From Candidatus Schekmanbacteria bacterium (GTDB lineage Bacteria; CSSED10-310; JACPHN01): DNA of 64,000 bases. The notes under the pieces are model-generated. The model was not told where the DNA came from and ran no database searches. It worked only from the letters and a program-made list of their open reading frames with translations. Location of the stretch: NCBI GenBank assembly GCA_016188575.1, contig JACPHN010000192.1, forward strand, positions 150-64,149, in the 5' to 3' direction. Position 1 is the stretch's first letter. Each line of letters starts with the position of its first letter. Shown here one piece after another: positions 16,960 through 25,456 of the stretch. A program made the translations under genes and the position numbers.

Positions 16960-17813
16960 GGTGCCGATCTCGGCGGCAGGCCGCGCGCCACGCGCAGTTG
17001 GTCGAGCGCCGAGCGGAGCCGGACCCGCTGTCGCTCGTCACGCCAGTCCGCCGCGAGTCGATCGCGAATCGCCGCAGGATCGGGGTCGGATGGTGGCTCG
17101 ACCCGGTCCAGCAACACGATGTGCAGGCCGTAGGAAGAGGAAATCGGCGTGGACCACTGCCCGAGCGGGAGCTTCTGGAGCCGAGCGGCAAAGGTGTCGC
17201 CAAAGATACCGGTGATCTCGCGGACGTCCGCGGCCGCATAGGATTCGGCGCCGAAGAAGGGATCGTCGAGCGCCGCAACCGAAGCGCCGGAGAGCAGCAG
17301 AGCCCGGGCCTGCTCGGCGCGTTTCCGGGTGGCGGAGTGGTCGGTCGAGAAGAACCGGTGCGAGAAGCTGTAGCGTGCCGGTGTCCGGTATCGGTCGCGA
17401 TGCTCCAGAAACCAGGCGCGCAGGTCTTCGGCAGTTGCTTCCTCGATTCCCGAGGCCCCCTGGAGAAGAAAGGTCAAGCGTTGCACCAGCCGCCTGCGCA
17501 CCACAATGTCGTCGCGATGTAGCTCGAGCTGGATGGCCTGCTGGAAAAGGACCTCCTCATCGAGCCAGTCATCTCGTTCGCCGGCCAGTTCGGCGGTGCC
17601 TGGCGGGCGCCCCTCCCGCGCGCTGTAAAGGGTTGCCAGCTCCGCATCGCCAGGCGCGAGCACGCCCGGAAGCTCCCGCGGCAGGCCGCTCGAGTCGGAC
17701 GTGTCCACGCGGCCGCCGGCGCCTCGCCCGCCGCCCACGAAGAGGGCGACGCCGAGCAGCGCGAACCACACGAATGGATCGCGAACGACGCGGCGGTTCA
17801 TGCGCCTGGCCAC
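16956..17813 (-). CDS. Parvulin-type (PpiC) peptidyl-prolyl isomerase-like protein
   Basis: N-terminal anchor, then ..YSFSHRFF...FGDTFAARLQKLPLGQWSTPISSSYGLHIVLLD.., a parvulin-like C-terminal domain. ATGA overlap with the downstream gene. Confidence 0.6.
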   Translation of the reverse strand: MARRMNRRVVRDPFVWFALLGVALFVGGGRGAGGRVDTSDSSGLPRELPGVLAPGDAELATLYSAREGRPPGTAELAGERDDWLDEEVLFQQAIQLELHRDDIVVRRRLVQRLTFLLQGASGIEEATAEDLRAWFLEHRDRYRTPARYSFSHRFFSTDHSATRKRAEQARALLLSGASVAALDDPFFGAESYAAADVREITGIFGDTFAARLQKLPLGQWSTPISSSYGLHIVLLDRVEPPSDPDPAAIRDRLAADWRDERQRVRLRSALDQLRVARGLPPRSAP

Positions 17814-17933
17814 AGTCTTGTCAGAGGGCGCATCATGGGCTACAGTCGGCTGGCGACCCGCCGGATTTCGGCGTCGTCGGACGAGCGGAATCGCCGCAGA
17901 ATCCAGAAATCACTCATGCGTGGAAACACCGTG

Positions 17934-18659
17934 ATGGAAGAAAAACACTGTGTCGTGGCCATCGACGGTCCCGCGGGTGTAGGCAAGAGCACCGTCAGCC
18001 GCGCGGTGGCGTCGCGCCTCGGCTTTTGCTACGTCGACACCGGCGCGATCTATCGCGCGATCAGCCTCAAGGCGCACCGTCTGGGAATCCCGCCGGACGC
18101 AGACGAGCAGTTGGCCGCGCTCGTCAACGATACCACCGTTGCTTTTGCCTTGCCAACGGACGGCGAACCCCCCGGCGCCGCCGCCGCCGCGGCCGGCCAA
18201 CGCGTGCTTCTCGATGGGACGGACGTTACCGAAGAAATCCGCGATCCCGAGATCAACCGCGTCGTGTCCGTCTACTCCGCCAACCGCGCCGTTCGCCGCC
18301 GACTCGTGGCGCTGCAACGCCGCATGGGCCAATCCGGAGACGTCGTGATGGAAGGCAGAGATATCGGCACAGCGGTGTTTCCCGACGCGGAGCTCAAATT
18401 CTTCCTGGACGCCGCGAGTGAGGTCCGCTCGCGCCGTCGCCTTGACGAGCTGCTCTCGAAGGGCGTCAAGACCTGTTTCGAGGAAACCAGGAGAGACCTG
18501 GAGGCCCGGGACAAGACGGATCGGTCGCGAGCGGAGTCGCCGCTGGCGCGCGCCGCGGATGCGGAGTTCATCGATACCTCGGAGCTTGGCGTGGCGGAGG
18601 TCGTCGACCGCATCGTTTCGCGGATCCGGGCGCGACGCGGTGACCCCGTGCAGTCCTGA
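17934..18659 (+). CDS. cmk: Cytidylate kinase
   Basis: VVAIDGPAGVGKSTVSRAVA..LGFCYVDTGAIYRA. Start set at the ATG at 17934, just before the P-loop. Confidence 0.9.
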   Translation: MEEKHCVVAIDGPAGVGKSTVSRAVASRLGFCYVDTGAIYRAISLKAHRLGIPPDADEQLAALVNDTTVAFALPTDGEPPGAAAAAAGQRVLLDGTDVTEEIRDPEINRVVSVYSANRAVRRRLVALQRRMGQSGDVVMEGRDIGTAVFPDAELKFFLDAASEVRSRRRLDELLSKGVKTCFEETRRDLEARDKTDRSRAESPLARAADAEFIDTSELGVAEVVDRIVSRIRARRGDPVQS

Positions 18660-18874
18660 CCCGGGGCTCCCGGATCGCTCGCCTATGCGCGCGCAAGCGG
18701 CGCGGCGACCGGCGCCGCTACCAACCCTAACCGCACCTGTGTCAGAATTCCCACTCCAGGCGTGGCTGTCGGACGCAGCGCCTGCCGGTATCGCGCGCTG
18801 CGATCCTCGCTGCGTGCGGCGCGAAACTTGCATGGGCCTTGCGGTCGTGCCCTTTTCTCCGGAGGTAAGCTCTG

Positions 18875-19711
18875 ATGCCCATGCTCACACGAAGTCTGAG
18901 GCGGCCGGATCGCGATCGCGCGCGTAGCAGCGCCGCCCTCTCCGCAGTCAGCTCCTGGCGCTTTGCGCTGCGCACCTACGCGTACGCCGTGCTGTCGGGA
19001 GATTGGGGACAGGTAGCGACCTGGCACAACCGCCGGCGCCGCCTATTTCTCGCCGCGGGGGCGGCTACCGGTGGACCGGTATGGGACGAGGCGACCGCGC
19101 TGGCCGCCCGCTCCGGCAACCGCATCGGCCTGGCGACCTCGCTGGTCCTTTCCGCGATCGCTCTCGCCTGGATCGTGGACAATTGCCCAAGCCACGGCGG
19201 GTCGTGGAATTCCGTTACACGGTTCGTATTTTCGGCGCTCGGCACGCTGGGAGGCGCCGCGGCAACCGGCTACCTCGGTCACCGCCTGGGACGAACGATC
19301 AGTCACGCGTGCGCCGCCTTGCCTCCTCTGGCCAGGCGCCGATGCGCGGCCGGCGAAGGGTTTCTTGGCGGAGTCGCGACCGGCTTTCTGGTCGGCTCGC
19401 TGGAGGCGATGGTCGTGCTGGCGCCGTTTCTGTGGCTCGGATTGGAGCGGCCACTGGCGCGCTGGGTCATGCCGGTCATGGCCGCGGGACTTGCGGGCGG
19501 CGCCGTGGGAGCAGTCGTCGGCGGCCTCAGCGGCATCCTTGTCGGCGCCGCCGTAACCCGTGCCAGCGCGAGCGCGGCGGCTTCGTCTACCGCGAAGGCG
19601 CTGCCTACGGCGGATGCCGCCACCGCGGAAGGCGCGAGCGCAGAGCTCGCAGCGCTGCTCACGCTGGACCGCACCCCCGCCGGCGATCCTGACTCAGCGC
19701 CCGGCGAATAG
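18875..19711 (+). CDS. Hypothetical Gly/Ala-rich membrane protein
   Basis: Several predicted TM segments with GxxxG-type runs (AAGLAGGAVGAVVGGLSGILVGAAV). It converges on the next gene with an 18-nt overlap. No family recognised. Confidence 0.4.
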   Translation: MPMLTRSLRRPDRDRARSSAALSAVSSWRFALRTYAYAVLSGDWGQVATWHNRRRRLFLAAGAATGGPVWDEATALAARSGNRIGLATSLVLSAIALAWIVDNCPSHGGSWNSVTRFVFSALGTLGGAAATGYLGHRLGRTISHACAALPPLARRRCAAGEGFLGGVATGFLVGSLEAMVVLAPFLWLGLERPLARWVMPVMAAGLAGGAVGAVVGGLSGILVGAAVTRASASAAASSTAKALPTADAATAEGASAELAALLTLDRTPAGDPDSAPGE

Positions 19712-21379
19712 GCTGCCGATGGCCTCGATCGGCGCGTCGGGCTCATGTGGAACGTAGATCAGGCTGGTGGTGCCGGCGGAGCCCAGCGCCGCCATGACCC
19801 GGCGCAGCTCCGCGACCGGCACGCTGGCATGGTCCCGCCAATCCGAAGTCTGCAGCTTGAGCACGACGCGGTTGGGATCTCCGATTGCCGCTTGCGCCTG
19901 CGCCGCCATACGGGTGAGCATGGAGAGCGTCGCGGCCTCGCCCAGACCGAGCTCGTCCGCAATCTGGCGATGATACGTCATGAACGCCAGATAATCGAAT
20001 GCTCGCGCCTTCGCGGCCAGCGCATCTTGCGCGACCCACTGCCGCCCGTTCGCTGGCGCTGACAGGGTCTCATAGTACAAGTTGCTGATGAAACGAAGCT
20101 CCGGGCGCACCGCCCGCGCCTGTCGCATGAGGAGGGAAGCCAGATCGAGCAGGCTTCGCACCTTGAAGTCGATCCAGGCCGCGTAGCTTGGACCTTCCTT
20201 GGCCAGGTGATGGCGATCACCGCCCAGACCCTGAAATGCCCCAAAAAGGCTGCCCGGAGTGACCGGGTGGCCGACGGCGTCGCTGAAGGCGCCGAGCGCC
20301 GCCGGAGCCAGGCCTTCCCGCTGGCGTAGCACCAGGTCGTCCTGGAGGAGGATGCCCTGAATCGGGTACGCCGCCAGCTCGCGGTACAGCGCAACCAGGT
20401 GCGCTCGTACCGCCGGTTCGAAGATGCAGGCGCCAGGGGCCTGGCCAAGGCTTCCGGTATCGGGATCGTAGACGCGCTCGCGAAGCTCTGGACGGCGCAC
20501 CGTCAGCCAGTCGAGATACCGCGTCGTCATCCAGGCGTACACCGCGAGCCCGCGGGTGGCGGCCATCGGCAGGATTTCGCCGAGGACGTCGTCCACCGTG
20601 GGCGCGGTCTCTGACCGAAAGTAGACCCCGAGCGCAGGGGCACGGGGCGGCGGCGGACCAGATAGCAGCGGCCGATCCCCGCTGTTCTGAAAGACGCGCA
20701 CGATGATCGTGTCGATCCCGGCCCGCGCCCAGCGGCTCATCAGCTCGCCCAGCTCGTGGCGATTGCGCGTCCCAAACCGCAACACCTGGACGCCTCGGAG
20801 CCTGGGCGGCGTATCCGGGCTCCCGAAACCACGTCCAGGTGCCACCGATGCGACGCTGTCGCCCACGGCGCTGCTGCTGCCCGGCGCGGGCACCGGCGAC
20901 GGCCGGCCGGCGGGCGTGAACGGGGTGGGGCGCGGGCCCTCTCGCCCCCCTGTCCCCGAAGCTGGAGGTGTCGCGTCCGGCCGCGTCAGCCACGAGGTCG
21001 CCCGCAAGCCATCGGGTGAGGAGGCGATTGCTTCCGCTTCGGGAACCAGCGGGCTCGCGGGGAACCGCGCGAGCAAGCGCGCGGCCGATTCCCGCGCCGC
21101 GGCCGGCCGACCCAGCGCGAGCTCGGCGCGCGCCCGCAGCAGGATCGCTCGAGAAACCAGCTCCGGCGGCGTCTGCCGATCGGCCTCCAAGGTCTCGGCC
21201 GCCGCGACCACGTCCTCGTAGCTGCCGTGCAGATAGTTTGCGCGCAACGCGGCGAAGCGCTGTTCCGCGCTCGCCGCCGCGACCGGCGAACCGCGCGTTC
21301 CCGCGCAGCCAGACGCGAGCACCGCCGCCGCGGCGGCAATCACCACCATCTGCGCGACGCGGAGCGCGCCGCGGCTCAC
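19694..21379 (-). CDS. Lipoprotein with an N-terminal TPR-like region and a C-terminal glycoside-hydrolase-like TIM barrel (GHL10/GHL13, PgaB-C-like)
   Basis: Lipobox (VLASGC). The C-terminal part (..GIDTIIVRVFQNSGDR...GVYFRS...GLAVYAWMTTRYLDW...GILLQDD..) resembles GH-like families. Confidence 0.55.
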   Translation of the reverse strand: MSRGALRVAQMVVIAAAAAVLASGCAGTRGSPVAAASAEQRFAALRANYLHGSYEDVVAAAETLEADRQTPPELVSRAILLRARAELALGRPAAARESAARLLARFPASPLVPEAEAIASSPDGLRATSWLTRPDATPPASGTGGREGPRPTPFTPAGRPSPVPAPGSSSAVGDSVASVAPGRGFGSPDTPPRLRGVQVLRFGTRNRHELGELMSRWARAGIDTIIVRVFQNSGDRPLLSGPPPPRAPALGVYFRSETAPTVDDVLGEILPMAATRGLAVYAWMTTRYLDWLTVRRPELRERVYDPDTGSLGQAPGACIFEPAVRAHLVALYRELAAYPIQGILLQDDLVLRQREGLAPAALGAFSDAVGHPVTPGSLFGAFQGLGGDRHHLAKEGPSYAAWIDFKVRSLLDLASLLMRQARAVRPELRFISNLYYETLSAPANGRQWVAQDALAAKARAFDYLAFMTYHRQIADELGLGEAATLSMLTRMAAQAQAAIGDPNRVVLKLQTSDWRDHASVPVAELRRVMAALGSAGTTSLIYVPHEPDAPIEAIGSLFAGR

Positions 21380-23232
21380 GGGCGCACGGCCGTCGCAGCG
21401 TCCTGTGGCACCGTGAACCTCCGACCGATCAGGGGAGCGATGTCAAGCACGTCCAGGAACGCGTGCTCCCGCAGCAGGTGCGGGTCGGAGGCGAGTATCA
21501 CCCCCGGAACGGCGTGCGGGGTGGCGTTTGCGTGGTCGCCGCTCCAGGCGGAATCGTTCACCGACAGCGACAGTGCGTCGAGCTGACCCAGCGCGCTTGC
21601 CGAGGAAGCGCGCCAGCCTTCGGCAAAGGCCACGGTAAGATCCGGCAAGTAGGGGAGGAATGGTCCCGGGAACAGCTCTTCCTTGAAATAGACTGCCTCG
21701 ACGACGCGGTGTGGACCGTTGTTGAGCGCGAGCAAGGCGCGCCGCGCCTCGTCGCGAACGGCCATTGCCTCGGCTCCCGGTGAGACGGTTCCGTGTTCGT
21801 CGCGACGCCGCAGATTGACCCAGATCTTGCCCATGCCCAGGGCGAAGGCTCGGGTTTTTGTCCAGTCGATCTCGCCTCCAACAAGCGCCGGCCGTCCCGC
21901 GCGGTCGCCTGCCAGGAGGCCGGCCTCTCGCAGCACGGTGTTGAGGCCGACAGTGTGGTCGTAGCTGGAAAAACCGTGGTCGGAGAGGACCACGAGAAGA
22001 TCGTCCGGGCCAAGGGCCGCCTGAACCTCGCCGACCAGCCTGTCAAACGGATCGCAGACGGCCAACATCTGCTCGTCGAAGCGCTTCAGGTCACCGGGTC
22101 GATGGCGCGGGTGCTCAGGGTCGCGGAGGTGGTGGAGGACGTGAGCGGCGCGATCGGTCGCCTCGAACACGGCGAAGAGCAGTCCGCCGTCGGTAAGGCA
22201 GCGGTCCAGCCGCGCGCGAAAGAGCCGCAATCTCGCGTCGCCGACGGCCCGTAGCAAATCCGCAAACTGCGCGTCGGAAACGCAACCGGCCTTCTTGGCC
22301 CAGGTATCGATTGCCCAGCCCATGGTGGGGAAGAGCCCGTGCCGCGCGGCGAGCTCGGCCGCGAGCTCGGGCGGCCGGGATAGGACCTCGCTTTCCGTGG
22401 TGGGGTCGATCTGCAGCGGTCCCACATAGAGGCAGGTCATGTCCGGACCCGAGGAGTGATCCTCCACGCCGAACGAAAAGCGGGTGACGGCGAACCGTCC
22501 ATCCGGGCCGCGCAGGCGCACCCACGGCGAGGTTTCACCGGGTAGGAGGGAGACGACGTCCTGGCCTTCGACGCTCACCTCGACCTTGCCGAAGCGCCCC
22601 CCTTCTACGCTCGCCCGCAAGCTAAGGCGCAGGTGGGCCTGGCCGTGCATTGCCCCGGTCGCGCGTGGCCCCGGCCAGGGAATGGCGACGACGTGCAAAG
22701 ATCCCGCGGTGACCGCGCCGCGCCAACTGCCGTCAGCGGCCAGATGGAGAGCGTCGCCGGGGGAGCTGTCGCCCGGCCTGCGGAGCGCGATCGCGCCGTA
22801 CACCCCCGAGGAATCGAACAGGTCGGGCACGCCGAGGCCACACAGCACGCTTGCCGCGCCGTTTCCGGGTGGATAAGAGACCGGCGCAAAGAGCGCCGTC
22901 GCCGGAATCCCGGCGGCCGCGACGCGGTCCCAGACCGCGACTCCGGCCCGCGGGGCATTTCCGGACAGCGGCATGGTCGCCGATTCCGGGAGGTAGGAAC
23001 CGCGGCGCCGGCGAATGAAATCCACGATTCCGTGAGCACCGGGAGGCAGCCCGGTAACGATCGAGCTCCACGCTACCGGCGACTGGGGAGGATTGGTGGT
23101 CTTGAGGCGGCCAAGGCACCCGCGCCGGCCGAGCCGCGCCAACCCCGGCAGCGCTCCAGCCGCAATCCATTGCTCGCACCACCGCGGATCGAGCCCGTCC
23201 AGGCCAATCACGACCACGCGCGGCGGCGTCAT
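21376..23232 (-). CDS. Alkaline-phosphatase-superfamily type I phosphodiesterase/nucleotide pyrophosphatase
   Basis: VVVIGLDGLDP.., ..TTNPPQSPVAWSSIVTGLPPGAHGI.. and ..VLSDHGF.. are AP-superfamily motifs. Confidence 0.8.
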   Translation of the reverse strand: MTPPRVVVIGLDGLDPRWCEQWIAAGALPGLARLGRRGCLGRLKTTNPPQSPVAWSSIVTGLPPGAHGIVDFIRRRRGSYLPESATMPLSGNAPRAGVAVWDRVAAAGIPATALFAPVSYPPGNGAASVLCGLGVPDLFDSSGVYGAIALRRPGDSSPGDALHLAADGSWRGAVTAGSLHVVAIPWPGPRATGAMHGQAHLRLSLRASVEGGRFGKVEVSVEGQDVVSLLPGETSPWVRLRGPDGRFAVTRFSFGVEDHSSGPDMTCLYVGPLQIDPTTESEVLSRPPELAAELAARHGLFPTMGWAIDTWAKKAGCVSDAQFADLLRAVGDARLRLFRARLDRCLTDGGLLFAVFEATDRAAHVLHHLRDPEHPRHRPGDLKRFDEQMLAVCDPFDRLVGEVQAALGPDDLLVVLSDHGFSSYDHTVGLNTVLREAGLLAGDRAGRPALVGGEIDWTKTRAFALGMGKIWVNLRRRDEHGTVSPGAEAMAVRDEARRALLALNNGPHRVVEAVYFKEELFPGPFLPYLPDLTVAFAEGWRASSASALGQLDALSLSVNDSAWSGDHANATPHAVPGVILASDPHLLREHAFLDVLDIAPLIGRRFTVPQDAATAVRP

Positions 23233-23234
23233 GT

Positions 23235-23558
23235 TCAGTCACATCGGAGGAGCGTCTGAATCTTCTCCTCGATCTTGCGTTTGGACGTCGAACCGACGAG
23301 CCGGCCGACTTCAGTTCCCTCGCGCATGAACACGATTGTGGGCACGCTCATCACGCGCAACTGCGCCGCCAGGTCCGGAGCCTCGTCGAGATCCACCTTC
23401 GCGATGAACACCTCGCCCTGGTACAGCCGGGCCAGCTCGGCGACGGTCGGCTCGAGTTGCTTGCACGGGCCGCACCATTCGGCGCCGAAGTCGAGCAACA
23501 CCGGTAGCGGCTGACTCCTGGCCTCGTCCAGGCTCTTCACTCTCTGCAGGCTGTGCAT
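23235..23558 (-). CDS. trxA: Thioredoxin
   Basis: LLDFGAEWCGPCK active site. ATG at 23558 (AAGGA upstream) gives a canonical ~107 aa. The tracked ATG at 23588 is the alternative. Confidence 0.85.
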   Translation of the reverse strand: MHSLQRVKSLDEARSQPLPVLLDFGAEWCGPCKQLEPTVAELARLYQGEVFIAKVDLDEAPDLAAQLRVMSVPTIVFMREGTEVGRLVGSTSKRKIEEKIQTLLRCD

Positions 23559-23574
23559 GTCTGTCTTGTCCTTT

Positions 23575-25446
23575 TCAAGTAACGGCATCGAGTCTTTCCA
23601 GGAATTGCTTGGGAGCTTCGAAGCTGGTGAGGCGGAGCGACTCGATTTCGTTTCCGGAGCGGTCGATGATCAGCACCGCCGGGACGCCCTGAACGTCGAA
23701 ACGCCGGCGCAGCGCCTCCACTTCCGGAGATCCGGTCCTGGTCATGTCGGCCCTGAGGAGCACGAAGTCGCGCAACCGGTTCGCCACCTCGCGGTCGCTG
23801 AAGGTAACGAGGTCGAGCTCGTGGCACGGCACGCACCAGGCCGCGGAAAAATCGATGAGCACGGGTTTTCCCTCCTGGGCGGCGCGCGCGAGCAGCTCGT
23901 CAGAGAACGTTGCGAAGGTCGTTTTCGCGGGGGTGGCGGTCTGCAAGTAGAGATCGGCGAAAGGAACCGCGGCAAACAGCGCGATCGCCGGGAGCTGCAG
24001 TGCACGCAGCGGCCTGGAGCCACCGAGGCGGTAGGCGGAAACCGCGAGAGCTGCCGCCGCTCCCAGGCCCAGTATCCAGATGCCGGCGCGCAGGGCCGGA
24101 GGAGGCAGGATGGGCATCAGGAAATAAAGCGCCATGCCCAGGAGCACGCAACCGAAAAACTGCTTTACCCAGACCATCCACGCGCCTGCTCGCGGCAACG
24201 CGTGCAGGGAACCGGAGAAAAGCGCGAGCGCCAGAAGCGGAGTTCCGAGCCCGAGAGACAGGACGAAGAACATCCAGAAGCCGCGCACCGGGTCTCCGAT
24301 GGACGCCACGTACGCCAGGAGGCCGATGACGAACGGTCCGACACAGGGCGCCGCAACGATGCCCACAACCAGTCCCATGGCGAGGGCGCCGAGCAAGCCG
24401 GTGCGCGCCGTGGCGCTACCTCCGAGCGCCACCGGAATGCGGAGCTCGTAGATGCCGAACATGCTCAAGGCCAGCGCCACCATGACCGCGGCCATGGCGA
24501 TCAGCACGGCCGGCTGCTGCAGGAAGCCGCCAAACATGCGACCCGTCAATGCGGCGGCGACGCCGAGGGTCGAATACGTGAGGCCCATGCCGAGCACATA
24601 GAGGCTGCTGAGGGCGGCGACGCGGCGCGGCCCCGCCTGGCTCTGCCCGCCGAAGAAGGAAATGGTGATCGGGACCAACGGATAGACGCACGGCGTCAAG
24701 CTCAGGCCGAGACCGGCGAGATAGAGAGCCGCGATGAGGCCGATGGTTCCCGTGCTCGCGGCGAGGCGGGCGAGCTCACTTGCGGGAGCGGCCTTCGCCG
24801 CAGGAACCGCCGCGCCGGTGGCGGCACCGGCGGCCGCACCGGTGGCGGGCGCACCATCCGAAAAGATTTCCGGATAGGCCAAAACAGGAGCAGACCCGGG
24901 GGCAGCCACGTCGATCTCGAAAGGAATGGTAGCTGTCGCTGGCGGAACGCACCGCCGGTCGTCACAGGCCTGATAGGCGAGAACGAAGGACGTGGACAGC
25001 GCCTGCTTGGGCAGATCGGGCGCCGGTGTGACCGGAAACCGCAGCAGGATCGTACCTTCGTAGACAAGCACCGGCTTGTCGGCAAAGCCGAGCGCCTCTT
25101 CGACTGGTTCCGGGTAGGTTACGGGGCCGAACGCCAGGCCGGCGACGTCGGGAAGTCGGAGCTCGGTGGCGATGTAGTATTCTTCCAGCGGCTTGTGGGC
25201 CTGAAGGTGCCAACCGTTTTCGATGTCGACGCGGACGGCGAGGTGAAACGGCGAGCCGGGGACGACCTCGCGAACGGAGGCAAGCGCTTCGGCCTCGAGG
25301 ATTTTGGGTTTCTTTGGAGTCGCCGGCGAATCTATGGCGGGGGCGTCGACGGCCGTGGCGAAGAGCCAAAAAGCTGCCGTCAACAAACCGGAGACAACGG
25401 GCGAGCACATTCGTCGCATGGCAGTTGACTTTCGGAGCGTGGCCAC
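23575..25446 (-). CDS. dsbD: Thiol:disulfide interchange protein DsbD-like (N-domain, CcdA-type membrane core, C-terminal thioredoxin fold)
   Basis: Signal peptide. Multi-TM core with TPCVYP and APCVGP motifs. C-terminal FSAAWCVPCHELD. Confidence 0.85.
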   Translation of the reverse strand: MATLRKSTAMRRMCSPVVSGLLTAAFWLFATAVDAPAIDSPATPKKPKILEAEALASVREVVPGSPFHLAVRVDIENGWHLQAHKPLEEYYIATELRLPDVAGLAFGPVTYPEPVEEALGFADKPVLVYEGTILLRFPVTPAPDLPKQALSTSFVLAYQACDDRRCVPPATATIPFEIDVAAPGSAPVLAYPEIFSDGAPATGAAAGAATGAAVPAAKAAPASELARLAASTGTIGLIAALYLAGLGLSLTPCVYPLVPITISFFGGQSQAGPRRVAALSSLYVLGMGLTYSTLGVAAALTGRMFGGFLQQPAVLIAMAAVMVALALSMFGIYELRIPVALGGSATARTGLLGALAMGLVVGIVAAPCVGPFVIGLLAYVASIGDPVRGFWMFFVLSLGLGTPLLALALFSGSLHALPRAGAWMVWVKQFFGCVLLGMALYFLMPILPPPALRAGIWILGLGAAAALAVSAYRLGGSRPLRALQLPAIALFAAVPFADLYLQTATPAKTTFATFSDELLARAAQEGKPVLIDFSAAWCVPCHELDLVTFSDREVANRLRDFVLLRADMTRTGSPEVEALRRRFDVQGVPAVLIIDRSGNEIESLRLTSFEAPKQFLERLDAVT

Positions 25447-25456
25447 GGCACCTGCC

